64,000 nt of DNA from NCBI GenBank assembly GCA_965218785.1, contig OZ244650.1, positions 352,001 through 416,000 of the forward strand. Direction: 5' to 3'. The notes beneath the pieces were generated by a model. The model was not told where the DNA came from. It made no database searches and saw only the letters and a list, made by a program, of their open reading frames with translations. Made by a program: the position numbers and the translations under genes. The DNA is from Nitrosopumilus sp. (GTDB lineage: Archaea > Thermoproteota > Nitrososphaeria > Nitrososphaerales > Nitrosopumilaceae). Positions 1-10,374 of the stretch are shown here, piece by piece. Positions within the stretch are counted from its first letter, which is position 1, and each line of letters opens with the position of its first letter.

Positions 1-333
1 GCATATGATCATATCGTTGGAAAAACCAATCAGCCCCTTTTAGACGTTCTTGATATAAAATTAGAGAGAAACTCCTTTGGACGGCAGCAAGAATCCTTCG
101 AATCTGAGGTATCTATGGATCCTATAGGCATTCCAAAATTCAATGGCGTCTTTATTAGGGCGCCGTCCGTCTCTGATGTTGGTCCTGATGTACAAGTTCT
201 CTCAAAATTTAATGGAAGAATAGTTGCAGTCAAAAAACACAATGTAATTGCCACTGCATTTCATCCTGAACTCACTGAAGATATTTCCCTGCACAAGTAT
301 TTTGTTAATCTTGTTAATACCTCCAAGAATTAA
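1..333 (+). CDS. pdxT: Pyridoxal 5'-phosphate synthase glutaminase subunit (5'-truncated by window edge)
   Basis: Frame open from base 1 (AYDHIVGK..ERNSFGRQQESFE); motifs GVFIRAP and ATAFHPEL typical of SNO/PdxT. Confidence 0.93.
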   Translation, partial: AYDHIVGKTNQPLLDVLDIKLERNSFGRQQESFESEVSMDPIGIPKFNGVFIRAPSVSDVGPDVQVLSKFNGRIVAVKKHNVIATAFHPELTEDISLHKYFVNLVNTSKN

Positions 334-445
334 CCTTCTTCAATGACAAATTCCAGGCAGCTTTTCTTACTATGATGGCCCATACATCCGGAATGTATTA
401 TATCTGCCCACAAATGACATCTTGCAGGCATGATGGACTTCTTGC

Positions 446-2764
446 TTACTCTGATAAATTATGCATGGATTTCAGGTCTTTTCTGAACGGCTCTAGAATT
501 TCCGGGATTTCAATTTTTATCGAGTCTTTTAATGAGAGTCCCTGAGATTTTTTCTCATTCCATACTTTGGAATTAAACGCGGTAATTTCATTTGTAATGC
601 CACTTTGTTCTTCAATGTTTTCTGACTCGACTTGTTTTTGTCTGTGGATACTTTGCTCCGAATACAAAACCTTCCAAAGATGCTCGGTTATAAATGGGGT
701 TATTGGTGAGAGTAATTTCAAAATTGTTGACAGTGTTTTGTGCAGGGTAAATATTGCACCGTCTCTCTCCTCATTAGAAAAATCAATTCCATATGCCCGT
801 GCTTTGACCATCTCAATATAATGAGCCGCAAACAGATTCCATGTGAATTCCCTAATTGCAATTGCAGGAATGAAAAAGTTGTATTCATCGTATCCCCGCT
901 TGCATTCTTTTATCAGCTTGTCTAATTCAGATAAAATCCATTTGTCAGATGCGGCAGGTGCCGCCGATTCAATTACTGGGAAACTCGACAGAAATCTTGA
1001 CACGTTCCACAGCTTGCTGAGGAATTTCTTTGTGGATTCAATCCTTTGTTCGTTGCATCTAAAGTCATGCCCGTGATTGATCTCACTTGCACTCCAGAAT
1101 CTAAAAGTATCCGCGCCTAGTTTTTCAATGACTGGCAGGGGATCTATTGCATTTCCCTTGCTCTTGCTCATCTTCATCCCCTTCTCATCAAGACCATATC
1201 CCATAATCCATACCTCAGACCATGGCTTTTCTCCTGTGAGCTGCTCGCATCTTAAAAGCGTGTAGTACAGCCATGTTCTGACGATATCCTTTGCCTGAGG
1301 CCTAATTGATGCAGGATAGACTTTTTTGAAAAAGTCGTCATCTCTGTTAAATTTACCAATAAAGAGTGGTGACACGCTAGAATCCATCCACGTATCAAAC
1401 GTCCTCTCTTCCCCAACAAATTCACTAGAATCACATTTTGGACAGTTACTGATGGGACATTTTTCATTCCATGGCCTGTAGTATTTTCCAGGTTCTGGAA
1501 CGTACGGCTCTGAGCAATTTTTACAGTACCATATCGGGATTTCAGTACCATAGTATCTTCTTCTTGATATGGGCCAGTCAATATTGATAGATTCCAGCCA
1601 GTTCATTAGGATCTGCCTGTGCATCTCGGGATGAAACGTGATCTCCTGTCCCAACCTTCTCATTTTTTCAACTGATTCTTTTTGTTTAAGATAATACTCC
1701 TCCATTGGAATGATCTCAATTGGGTTCTTACTTCTCTCTGAAACCGGGGTTCTATGAACAATCTCTTCAATTTTTTCTACAAATCCTTTTGTTTCTAGAT
1801 CCTCGATGATTTTTGCCCTTGCCTGTTTTGGTTTTTTTCCTGCATACTCACCTGCGGCTTTTGTCATTTTACCATCTAGTCCGATTACCACGACCTCCTC
1901 TAATCCTAGTTCCCTGAATAACGCCACGTCGTTTTGATCGCCATAACTGCACACCATTACTGCTCCTGATCCAAATTCCTGCTGGGCAGAATGATGCGTT
2001 CTTAGTTCTACTTCTGCATTGGTGATTGGAACAATTACTTTTTTTCCAATATGTTTTCTGTATCTCTCGTCTTCTGGATTTACAATAATTGTTTTACATG
2101 CACAAATAAGTTCAGGTCTCGTACTTGCAATAATAATTTCCTGCTCGGTATCTTTTATTTTGAATTTCATGTAAACCAACTTTGTTGCCAGATTCTCGTA
2201 TGTTATTTCCGCATCTGCAATGGTCGTTCCTGATACCCAGTCATAGTTGTTAGGCCTGTTTGCCAGATACACCTGACCTTTTTTCCATAATTCGATGAAT
2301 GTTGATTGTGTAAGCGTCCTGTATTCTTTTGAATCAGTCCTATAGTAGTTTGAAAAATCCCCGCTGATTCCCAGGTTTTTCATAATGAGAATCATCTCAG
2401 CTTCCAAATCGTCTAATGCCTCCCTGCATAGATTCAGAAATTCCCCCCTGTCTGTTTCCCTCATCCTGATTTTGTGTTTTTTCTCAGTGTACAGTTCCAC
2501 CGGAAGCCCGTTTCTGTCTATTCCTATAGGAAAATAGACGTTCTTTCCTCTCATTCTTGCCGTTCTTGCAATCATATCAATTTGTGAATAGTGCGCCGCC
2601 GCCCCGATATGCCACGGTCTGCCTGAGGGATAAGGAGGCGGCGTATCTATGGTAAAGTTTTCTTCCTGTGGAAGAAAATCATAAATTTTATCCTTCTCCC
2701 ACTGTCCGAGTATTTTTTTTTCTAACTCTGGATTCCATGCTTTTTCTGATATTTTCGGTTCCAT
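446..2764 (-). CDS. valS: Valine--tRNA ligase
   Basis: IDTPPPYPSG..HIGA (HIGH-like), DWPISRRR, KMSKSKGN motifs; 772 aa archaeal ValRS size. Confidence 0.93.
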   Translation of the reverse strand: MEPKISEKAWNPELEKKILGQWEKDKIYDFLPQEENFTIDTPPPYPSGRPWHIGAAAHYSQIDMIARTARMRGKNVYFPIGIDRNGLPVELYTEKKHKIRMRETDRGEFLNLCREALDDLEAEMILIMKNLGISGDFSNYYRTDSKEYRTLTQSTFIELWKKGQVYLANRPNNYDWVSGTTIADAEITYENLATKLVYMKFKIKDTEQEIIIASTRPELICACKTIIVNPEDERYRKHIGKKVIVPITNAEVELRTHHSAQQEFGSGAVMVCSYGDQNDVALFRELGLEEVVVIGLDGKMTKAAGEYAGKKPKQARAKIIEDLETKGFVEKIEEIVHRTPVSERSKNPIEIIPMEEYYLKQKESVEKMRRLGQEITFHPEMHRQILMNWLESINIDWPISRRRYYGTEIPIWYCKNCSEPYVPEPGKYYRPWNEKCPISNCPKCDSSEFVGEERTFDTWMDSSVSPLFIGKFNRDDDFFKKVYPASIRPQAKDIVRTWLYYTLLRCEQLTGEKPWSEVWIMGYGLDEKGMKMSKSKGNAIDPLPVIEKLGADTFRFWSASEINHGHDFRCNEQRIESTKKFLSKLWNVSRFLSSFPVIESAAPAASDKWILSELDKLIKECKRGYDEYNFFIPAIAIREFTWNLFAAHYIEMVKARAYGIDFSNEERDGAIFTLHKTLSTILKLLSPITPFITEHLWKVLYSEQSIHRQKQVESENIEEQSGITNEITAFNSKVWNEKKSQGLSLKDSIKIEIPEILEPFRKDLKSMHNLSE

Positions 2765-2771
2765 TTCTTAA

Positions 2772-3587
2772 CTATCTTGAGATATTTGAGATGATGTGGG
2801 AACCCTTGTTATATCCTTCGTAGATGTATACGCCGACTGCCTCCACATTTGAGGGCATTTTTGGTGCCAATAGCTTGATAATTTCACTTGAAAGATTTTC
2901 AACAGTAGCTTCCCCTTCTAAAAGATAGGTTGTATTTTTTGGAACCTGCAGCGCAAACATTCCCTTTGGACCTTCAAATTCGATTAGATAATGTAATCCG
3001 TCTTCAGATTTTAGATATTTTCTGTTAATGAAGAACTTGTGATCAAATATGTTGACAACTTCCTTGATAATTTTTTTGGCCACACCAAAGTCCAAGAGCA
3101 GGTTGTCCTTCATCTGTCCTATCAGTTCCACCATTACAGAGGATGTATGTCCGTGTAAGATGGAGCATTTCTCAACCAGGGGAAGTATGTGTGCATAATC
3201 AAATGAAAATGACGCGTCTTCCAAAAATATGGATCCTGTCTGCGGTGTTTTATCATAAAATACGATATCCTGCAGCTCTTTAATCTGTGCAACGTATTTT
3301 CCATGCCCGATTGCCATCACCTTGTCTTGAGGAAAACTTTCTTTGATCTGCCTGTATTTTTCAATGTCATCATCCCCGTCAATTACCTCGATCATTCCCT
3401 TTTCTGTCTTAAAATCGACAGTCACTTTATCTCCATTCTTTAAAGTAAGCTCGTGATCATATTGATATTGCTCCTCAAGAAAAGCAAGCATTTGCGCCAC
3501 TGTTAGCTCCGTTCTTGTTCTGAGCAAATTTCCCTTTTTATCGATATATTTAAAATCCGAATCCAGAATCGTAGGATTTGCAGTCAT
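2772..3587 (-). CDS. queD: 6-pyruvoyl-tetrahydropterin synthase / QueD-family protein with extra N-terminal domain
   Basis: C-terminal AHILP..C..LHGH, LLDFG, FDHK, TVENL motifs; about 115-aa N-terminal extension. Confidence 0.8.
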   Translation of the reverse strand: MTANPTILDSDFKYIDKKGNLLRTRTELTVAQMLAFLEEQYQYDHELTLKNGDKVTVDFKTEKGMIEVIDGDDDIEKYRQIKESFPQDKVMAIGHGKYVAQIKELQDIVFYDKTPQTGSIFLEDASFSFDYAHILPLVEKCSILHGHTSSVMVELIGQMKDNLLLDFGVAKKIIKEVVNIFDHKFFINRKYLKSEDGLHYLIEFEGPKGMFALQVPKNTTYLLEGEATVENLSSEIIKLLAPKMPSNVEAVGVYIYEGYNKGSHIISNISR

Positions 3588-3630
3588 GTGAAGTCATCTG
3601 ACCTTGACTCATAATATAAATTCTATAACA

Positions 3631-3921
3631 TTATGCCTGCTTTACATTCAAAGAATTTAGAATTCTGGCAAGATTGACATCATTTTTTGTAATGCCGCCT
3701 GCATCATGAGTGGTCAATTCCACTGTGATTTTGCTGTATACATTAAGCCATTCTGGATGATGATTCATTTTTTCAATCTCCATGGCCGCCCTGGTCATAA
3801 ACCCGAATGCCTGGTTAAAGTCATCAAACTGAAATTCCTTGTGAAGCTTTTCATTTACGACACTCCAGCCTGGAAGACCCTTTAGCTCCTCATCAATGTC
3901 TGCTTGTGATAATCTCATCAT
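3631..3921 (-). CDS. phhB: Pterin-4-alpha-carbinolamine dehydratase
   Basis: [18 protein letters not shown] motif. Confidence 0.92.
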   Translation of the reverse strand: MMRLSQADIDEELKGLPGWSVVNEKLHKEFQFDDFNQAFGFMTRAAMEIEKMNHHPEWLNVYSKITVELTTHDAGGITKNDVNLARILNSLNVKQA

Positions 3922-4002
3922 ACTGTTTTAGATGAACCGTCAAATTAATAGTTAAAGGGGTTGATTCATTACTGTATGCATAAAATCCATCCCGTGAGCG
4001 AC

Positions 4003-4758
4003 ATGGATGAGATTAACAGGAAGTTACTTGAGAATATTGAAAATTCCATCTCTGAAACCGTTAAAGAAAGGAAGATCGGAATCGCCTTTTCTGGAGGAGT
4101 TGACAGCACATTAATCTCAAAAATTTGCTCAGATATGGGTTATGATATTACATTATTGACAATCGGTTTTCATGAATCCCATGATATTTTATTTGCAAAA
4201 CAGGTCAACGAGTATCTAGGATGGACTCACCATGTTCTGGAAATTGATCCGGATTCATTTCCTGATGTTTCATCGAAAATTCATCAGGCAATAAACACTG
4301 GGAATCTTTCATGGAACGAGAATTGTATAGCGTTTTATTATGTGTCTAAACTGGCAAGAAGCTTGGAACTTGACACCGTAGTTACTGCAAACGGAATTGA
4401 CGAATTGTTTTGTGGTTACAATGCGTATAGGGAGGCATTTTCTCAAGGAGAATCCAGAATTCATGAGATCATGTCCTCCAAATTAGATAACGAGCTGAAA
4501 ATGATGGAGGCTGTGAATCTGGTTGCATCAGAATTTGCCGTTCAAATTCTTCAGCCCCTGCTTTGCCCACAATTCATAGATTATGCTAAAACCATTTCTC
4601 TGTCTGAAAAAATTCATGATTCTGATGATTTGTATCGTAAACACATCATAAGAAAACTGGCAAGACAAATCAACGTTCCGGAAATCTCTTGCACAAAAAG
4701 AAAAAAGGCATTACAATATGGTTCTAAAATCCACAAGGCCCTGCTAAAAACTAGATGA
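4003..4758 (+). CDS. Asparagine synthase C-terminal-domain (PP-loop) protein
   Basis: AFSGGVDS PP-loop, GIDELFCGY, RKKALQYGS; start placed at MDEINR. Confidence 0.85.
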   Translation: MDEINRKLLENIENSISETVKERKIGIAFSGGVDSTLISKICSDMGYDITLLTIGFHESHDILFAKQVNEYLGWTHHVLEIDPDSFPDVSSKIHQAINTGNLSWNENCIAFYYVSKLARSLELDTVVTANGIDELFCGYNAYREAFSQGESRIHEIMSSKLDNELKMMEAVNLVASEFAVQILQPLLCPQFIDYAKTISLSEKIHDSDDLYRKHIIRKLARQINVPEISCTKRKKALQYGSKIHKALLKTR

Positions 4759-6115
4759 ATTTTTTTACCGTCTTTTGGACAGATTTCTTTACATTATTAA
4801 TAATCGCAGGTGACGCACCAAGATGTTTTTCTGGTGAAAATATTGAATCGATCTCTTTGTCTGTCAACTTTGAAGAAAATGCCCTGTCTTTTTTAATGGC
4901 ATCAATGTATTGAATTCCCCTGTCTTTTGCCTCAAATGCGACTCTTTGAACGTCCCTGTACGCCTCAAATCTGGGTATTCCTTTTTTGATTAGTGCCTCT
5001 AAAACAAATTCTGCAAATATCTGCCCCTTTGTAATGTGCAGGTTTTCTACAATTTTTCTCTCGTTTACGATCAAATTCGAAACGATTCTAGTCATGGTTT
5101 CTAACATTTCATCTACTAGGATAGCCACAGTTGGAATCACGAATCTCTCGTTTGCTGAATTTGAAAGATCCCGTTCATGCCATAATGGAATATTTTCAAA
5201 GGAAATCCCAATCTGACTTCGTACCATTCTTGATAGCGATGAAACTCTTTCGCTTTTGATTGGATTTCTTTTTACAGGAACTGCACTGCTGCCCATCTGT
5301 CCCTTTTTGAACTGTTCGGCAACCTCTCCAATCTCTGTTCTCTGCAAGTTTCTAATCTCCACTGCGATTTTTTCCAAAGTTGAGCCAATCAGTGCCAACT
5401 CAAAGACATATTCTGCATATCTTTCCCTTGGGACAATCTGGGTGGCAACTTCTGCAGGATAAAGTTTCAAGCGTTTTGCAACCCTTTTTTGTACTTCAAG
5501 TGATTTTGCACCCATTAAAGAACCGGTACCTACAACACCGAGTGTCTTACAAATTAGAATTCTTTTCTTGATCTCCTCGATTCGTTCTACATGTTTTGCC
5601 ATTTCTGCTGCCCAATTTGCAAATTTTAATCCAAATGAAATTATGCTTGCATGCTGTCCGTGAGTCCTACCTACGGCTGGAATATTTTTGTATTTCACAG
5701 CTTTTTGTGCAAGAATTGACGCCATCCTTCCAACTTTTGGTTCAATTATTTTCAGCGAGTCACGCATCTGCATAGAGTTACTGGTGTCTACCAGGTCGTT
5801 GCTTGTTAATCCATAATGAATCCACGGCCTGGCATCCTTTGTACATTTTTCACTTAGTGATTCGACTAGTGCTGCCGTGTCATGATCACTTTTTGCTTCA
5901 AGCTGTTTGATTCTTTTTGCGGTAATTCTTCCAGATATTGCGACCTTGAGAATCTTTTTTCCAACCGTCTTTGGAATCAATCCTATCTCACTTTGTGAGA
6001 CAGCAGCTGCGCCTTCTATTTCTAATTGATAATTTATCTTCCTTTGTTCGCCAAAAATTTCTATCATCTCCTTGGTGCCATAACGGCCGCTGTCTATGGG
6101 TAAAATTGCCAACAT
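4751..6115 (-). CDS. purB: Adenylosuccinate lyase
   Basis: HYGLTSND, GRTHGQHA, GSSAVPVKRNP, WHERDLSNS. Confidence 0.95.
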   Translation of the reverse strand: MLAILPIDSGRYGTKEMIEIFGEQRKINYQLEIEGAAAVSQSEIGLIPKTVGKKILKVAISGRITAKRIKQLEAKSDHDTAALVESLSEKCTKDARPWIHYGLTSNDLVDTSNSMQMRDSLKIIEPKVGRMASILAQKAVKYKNIPAVGRTHGQHASIISFGLKFANWAAEMAKHVERIEEIKKRILICKTLGVVGTGSLMGAKSLEVQKRVAKRLKLYPAEVATQIVPRERYAEYVFELALIGSTLEKIAVEIRNLQRTEIGEVAEQFKKGQMGSSAVPVKRNPIKSERVSSLSRMVRSQIGISFENIPLWHERDLSNSANERFVIPTVAILVDEMLETMTRIVSNLIVNERKIVENLHITKGQIFAEFVLEALIKKGIPRFEAYRDVQRVAFEAKDRGIQYIDAIKKDRAFSSKLTDKEIDSIFSPEKHLGASPAIINNVKKSVQKTVKKFI

Positions 6116-6220
6116 TATGGCTTTAATCTATGAGAAAATAAATCTACTTCTTGGCAGTTGTGTGTCTAAAGTTGTTTTGTCATGATCTGGCCTCAAAACT
6201 GCTTTTTTTAGGATATGTCC

Positions 6221-6436
6221 TCAATACCGTGATTTCTTTACGGTAGCTATCTTCTTCTGTGATCTAGGCGTCTTTGTCTTTGCCCTGGCCTTGTTTACTT
6301 TGCCTTCTTTTTTGGTAATTTTTCCGCTTCTTCTTGCCGCCCTGGAGCTTTTTGCCCTTATTTTTTGCTCCTCTTTTTGCTTTGCTATCTCCTCCTTAGT
6401 TGGCTTTCCTCTTACCATGTCTCTAAAGATTGCCAA
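6221..6436 (-). CDS. Small basic hypothetical protein
   Basis: 71-aa Lys/Arg-rich ORF in an intergenic gap. Confidence 0.55.
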   Translation of the reverse strand: MAIFRDMVRGKPTKEEIAKQKEEQKIRAKSSRAARRSGKITKKEGKVNKARAKTKTPRSQKKIATVKKSRY

Positions 6437-6496
6437 TCATAGATAAATTAGATCATCACTCTTCTCAGATTCAAACCTAGTCTCATTTTTTGCAAA

Positions 6497-6652
6497 CTAG
6501 TCTTGCTTGATTCCTGTTTCTGATAATACCCATTCTAGAGCTTTGAAATAACCCTGCTTGAAATTTTTTTCATCAATTGCCCAGTCCGGATTGGTCCTCA
6601 ATTCTACAAGTAACTGATTTGCTTTGTGCGCGATAGTATCTTCATCTAGCAT
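6497..6652 (-). CDS. Small hypothetical protein (51 aa, below ORF-track cutoff)
   Basis: Manual translation MLDEDTIAHKANQLLVELRTNPDWAIDEKNFKQGYFKALEWVLSETGIKQD; TTTAAAT TATA-like box upstream. Confidence 0.55.
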   Translation of the reverse strand: MLDEDTIAHKANQLLVELRTNPDWAIDEKNFKQGYFKALEWVLSETGIKQD

Positions 6653-6742
6653 GCATTTGAATAAACCCCGGTTCATTTAAAATTTTTTTGCGATTCTTCT
6701 GATGATTTAAATGGGATTGAAAGGAAATTTTACCGAATACAC

Positions 6743-8191
6743 GTGTCTGCCAATACTCCAAAAAAAATCGGGGAAAACCAGTATCAAATTGATGCTGATT
6801 CCAACTTGGGAATGAAGGTTCCTGTACGAATCTATGCTAATCCACTGCTGTTGCAGAAAATGTTATCTGATAGAACAATCATGCAGGCACGAAATGTTTC
6901 TTCCATTCCTGGCATAGTTGGTCATAGTATTGTTTTACCTGACGGTCATGAGGGTTATGGCTTTCCCGTCGGCGGGGTTGCAGCTATGGATGCTGATGAG
7001 GGAATGATCAGTCCTGGTGGTGTTGGATATGATATCAACTGTGGGGTGAGACTACTTCGTTCAAATTTAACTGAACAGACGGTCCGCTCAAAACTAAAAG
7101 AACTTGTTACTGATCTTTTCAGCTCCGTTCCTTCAGGCGTTGGTTCAAAGGGTGCAGTCAGACTAAGTCATTCAGAACTTGATGAGGTCCTAGTCAATGG
7201 AGTCAACTGGGCAATTGATCATGGTTATGGCTCATCAAATGACTCTGATGTTTGTGAAGAGAACGGTCAAATTCAGAATGCCGATCCAGACAAAGTTTCT
7301 GACAAAGCAAGAAAGAGAGGTGCGCCCCAGCTTGGAAGCCTGGGTTCTGGAAATCACTTCCTTGAAGTACAAAAAGTTGCCGAGGTTCATGATAAACAGG
7401 CAGCAGACAGGATGGGAATTAAAGAAGGAACCATTACAGTTTTAATCCATTGCGGTTCTAGGGGATTTGGTCATCAGGTGTGCAGTGACTATCTTAGAGT
7501 TTCCGAACAGGCAATGGAAAAATATGACATCCATCTGCCAGACAGGGAACTGGCATGTGTTCCCAACACTTCTGAAGAAGGCGAATCCTACAGAAAGGCA
7601 ATGTTTTCGGCACTAAATTTTGCATGGAGTAACAGACAAATGATCACTCATTGGACTCGAAAATCCTTCGAGCGTGTATTTAATCAGACGGAATCTGATC
7701 TTGATATGAAGCTGGTTTATGATGTTGCTCACAATATTGCAAAAGTAGAAAAACACAGAGTCGACGGCCAGGAAAGAAAACTTGTCGTTCATAGAAAGGG
7801 TGCAACAAGGGCATTTCCTGCAAATCACGATGATATTCCTTCAAAATATCGGGATTTAGGACAGCCTGTCTTGGTTCCAGGTTCGATGGGCACGGCAAGT
7901 TGGATCTTACTTGGACAGCCGGGTTCTATGGATTTGAGTTTTGGCTCAACTGCACACGGGGCCGGAAGGACAATGTCCAGATCAAAGGCTAGAAGAAACT
8001 ATACCGAGGATGATGTCAAAAAATCCCTCAATGACAAGGGCATATTTATCAAGGCATTAACAAGAGACGGTGTTGTGGAAGAAACTCCCCAAGCATACAA
8101 AGACGTTGATGCCGTAGTTGACGTGTCTCATAACCTGGGAATTGCCACAAAAGTTGCCAAATTAGTGCCTATAGGTGTGATTAAGGGTTGA
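6743..8191 (+). CDS. rtcB: tRNA-splicing ligase RtcB
   Basis: PDGHEGYGFPVGG, DINCG, GSLGSGNHF, HRKGAT, HGAGR, AYKD. Confidence 0.97.
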   Translation: MSANTPKKIGENQYQIDADSNLGMKVPVRIYANPLLLQKMLSDRTIMQARNVSSIPGIVGHSIVLPDGHEGYGFPVGGVAAMDADEGMISPGGVGYDINCGVRLLRSNLTEQTVRSKLKELVTDLFSSVPSGVGSKGAVRLSHSELDEVLVNGVNWAIDHGYGSSNDSDVCEENGQIQNADPDKVSDKARKRGAPQLGSLGSGNHFLEVQKVAEVHDKQAADRMGIKEGTITVLIHCGSRGFGHQVCSDYLRVSEQAMEKYDIHLPDRELACVPNTSEEGESYRKAMFSALNFAWSNRQMITHWTRKSFERVFNQTESDLDMKLVYDVAHNIAKVEKHRVDGQERKLVVHRKGATRAFPANHDDIPSKYRDLGQPVLVPGSMGTASWILLGQPGSMDLSFGSTAHGAGRTMSRSKARRNYTEDDVKKSLNDKGIFIKALTRDGVVEETPQAYKDVDAVVDVSHNLGIATKVAKLVPIGVIKG

Positions 8192-8601
8192 GCGAAGAAG
8201 ATTCTGAACTTGAACGACTAAAGGCAAAAAGACTGGCTGAAATGCAAAAAAACATCTCTTCAAAACAGAATATCCGGCAAACCCGAGAATCCGACAAAGA
8301 AAAACCGCCTGAAAATCCACGAGACCTGCTTGCCGCCAAGCTGGGATTTAGGGGACTGGAAGTTTTGGAAAATGCAGAATCCCAATTTCCAAACGAGGCT
8401 AAAATTATTGTAGAAAAATTATCCGAACTGATCAAAACAGGCGAAATTAATGAAATTATTGACGGAGGAAAGTTATTGACATTATTCAGATCAGTCGGCC
8501 TCAATGTTAGGATGGCGACAAAAATCAATATCGAACAAGATGGAAAATTTGTATCTCTGAGTGACAAACTCAGTAAATCATCCAGCAAAGGTGATGAATA
8601 A
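8188..8601 (+). CDS. PDCD5-like double-stranded DNA-binding protein
   Basis: ELERLKAKRLAEMQ N-terminus and helical core similar to the archaeal PDCD5 family. Confidence 0.6.
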   Translation: MSEEDSELERLKAKRLAEMQKNISSKQNIRQTRESDKEKPPENPRDLLAAKLGFRGLEVLENAESQFPNEAKIIVEKLSELIKTGEINEIIDGGKLLTLFRSVGLNVRMATKINIEQDGKFVSLSDKLSKSSSKGDE

Positions 8602-8912
8602 TGAGTATAACCTTGGAGATTGAATGTAGGAATTATGTCGATGATCTGCTGTCGGTAAAAAAGGCACTCTCACATATGGAAAGCCTTGTGGGATGTTATA
8701 ATGGATATGTACTCAGCGAACCCTCATCAAAATTTGGATGGACGTTTTTCAAACTGGCATTCAAGACTGATTTACAAAATGGCATAGAAGAAAAATTTTC
8801 TGGCATGTTAGAAAAATATACGTGGTGTGATCAGCTAGAAAAATTTACAAAATTCATGGGGGATTATTTTGATTCTAGAGACTGTAATGTAAAAGTAAAG
8901 AAAGTCGACTAG
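8601..8912 (+). CDS. Hypothetical protein
   Basis: 103-aa ORF translationally coupled (TAATG) to upstream gene. Confidence 0.7.
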   Translation: MSITLEIECRNYVDDLLSVKKALSHMESLVGCYNGYVLSEPSSKFGWTFFKLAFKTDLQNGIEEKFSGMLEKYTWCDQLEKFTKFMGDYFDSRDCNVKVKKVD

Positions 8913-9457
8913 ACCCTTCTTCCCCTCTTTCCACCTTTCTTTCTAGTGGTGTCATGAGGAATGGGTGTGACATCATCAATTCTTCCAATCTTAAATCCGC
9001 CCCTTGCCAATGCCCTGATGGCAGCTTGTGCGCCGGGACCAGGTACTCTGGAACCAACTCCGCCTACTGCACGAACTCTGATATGAAATCCAGTGAATCC
9101 CTTTGTTTTTGCAGATTCAACTACTGCGTTTGCAGCTTTCATTGCAGCAAATGGTGATGATTCGTATCTGTCGGCATTGACATGTATTCCACCGGAACTG
9201 ATGGCGACAGTTTCCCCACCTGTAAGATCTGTCATGTGAATAATTGTGTTATTGTAACTGCTGTAGATATGGACGATTCCCCATTTTTCAGGACCCTCCT
9301 TTTTTACCTCTGGTTGATATTTTGTCTTCTCTTCGGTCTTGGATTTTATTTCTTCAACTGGCAATTCTGTCTTTTCAACTGGCAATTCTGTCTTTTCAAC
9401 TGGCGATTCGGTCTTTTCAGATGGCACTTCCTCAAATTTGACTTCTGTTTCTGACAA
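8909..9457 (-). CDS. rps11: 30S ribosomal protein S11 with acidic repeat N-terminal extension
   Basis: [49 protein letters not shown]. Confidence 0.97.
   Translation of the reverse strand: MSETEVKFEEVPSEKTESPVEKTELPVEKTELPVEEIKSKTEEKTKYQPEVKKEGPEKWGIVHIYSSYNNTIIHMTDLTGGETVAISSGGIHVNADRYESSPFAAMKAANAVVESAKTKGFTGFHIRVRAVGGVGSRVPGPGAQAAIRALARGGFKIGRIDDVTPIPHDTTRKKGGKRGRRV
9353..9419. repeat. 21-bp tandem repeat x3 within rps11 (PVEKTEL)
   Basis: ttcaactggcaattctgtctt at 9353 and 9374, variant at 9395. Confidence 0.9.
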
Positions 9458-9622
9458 TGACTACTCACATCCTAAAGGGTTTAAAAAACATTGATTTTCA
9501 GTATGGGTCTACTATACGAAAATTAGGTTGCACTAATTTCAGACCGGTGGGAACCTCTAGAATTGTAACATCTTGACACATACAAAAAATGGGGTTTGAT
9601 AGATGGATGAAAGAAAGAGATG

Positions 9623-9820
9623 TCAGTCCATATAGTTGACATATGACTTGCCGTTCCAGATCTTCCAATCCTGGCTCTTGGTTGCCTCTCCGACTAGTAT
9701 CACCATACAGTGGCGGCATACCTTGATTGGCAACCCTCGTTTTCTCTTTTTAACCATCTGAACTATGATGCATGCCGTATTAAGCAATGCGGTTTCACAA
9801 TTGGGGCAGCGCAGACTCAT
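9623..9820 (-). CDS. Small zinc-ribbon protein
   Basis: CPNC...CRHC pairs in a 65-aa ORF. Confidence 0.5.
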   Translation of the reverse strand: MSLRCPNCETALLNTACIIVQMVKKRKRGLPIKVCRHCMVILVGEATKSQDWKIWNGKSYVNYMD

Positions 9821-10254
9821 TACAGAACCTTCTCTTTTCCCTCTTCTTTGCTTGTGATTTTTTTCATGGCTTTAGATTCTGCTATCCAATTCCTAAAATT
9901 ATTTGCGCATCAATTGTCTTGGAAACGACCTTGACTCATATTTTTTATCATCTATATCGTAATCTCCTCGCGTAATTGCAGTATTTGTTTCTTGGGCATA
10001 AAACATAGAGAACTCTATTTGTATAAAAGATACATTTTTTGTGTCAAAACATCAAAAACTGCCAGTATTACAAGAGACAGTAATTGAGATGATAAAAAGT
10101 CTCAGAGTACGCCGTCATCACTTGATACCTATCAATAAGAAACCAAAGATCTGCCCCGTAATGATTCTAAAAGAATCTTCAATTTAGATATTCTCTTGAT
10201 CACTCATATACCAAATGAATATTTACAGTTATAAACATCTCGGCATTACATTTC

Positions 10255-10362
10255 ATGAAAGAGGACACTGTAACCATACCAAGAAAAACCCTTGAAGAGC
10301 TACAAAAATTCTTTGCAATGTATGTAAAAAATATGGACAAGATAGAGGCCGCCCTAAAATAA
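10255..10362 (+). CDS. Possible 35-aa protein
   Basis: MKEDTVTIPRKTLEELQKFFAMYVKNMDKIEAALK with TTATAAA box about 25 bp upstream. Confidence 0.35.
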   Translation: MKEDTVTIPRKTLEELQKFFAMYVKNMDKIEAALK

Positions 10363-10374
10363 TTCAGATGCTGA

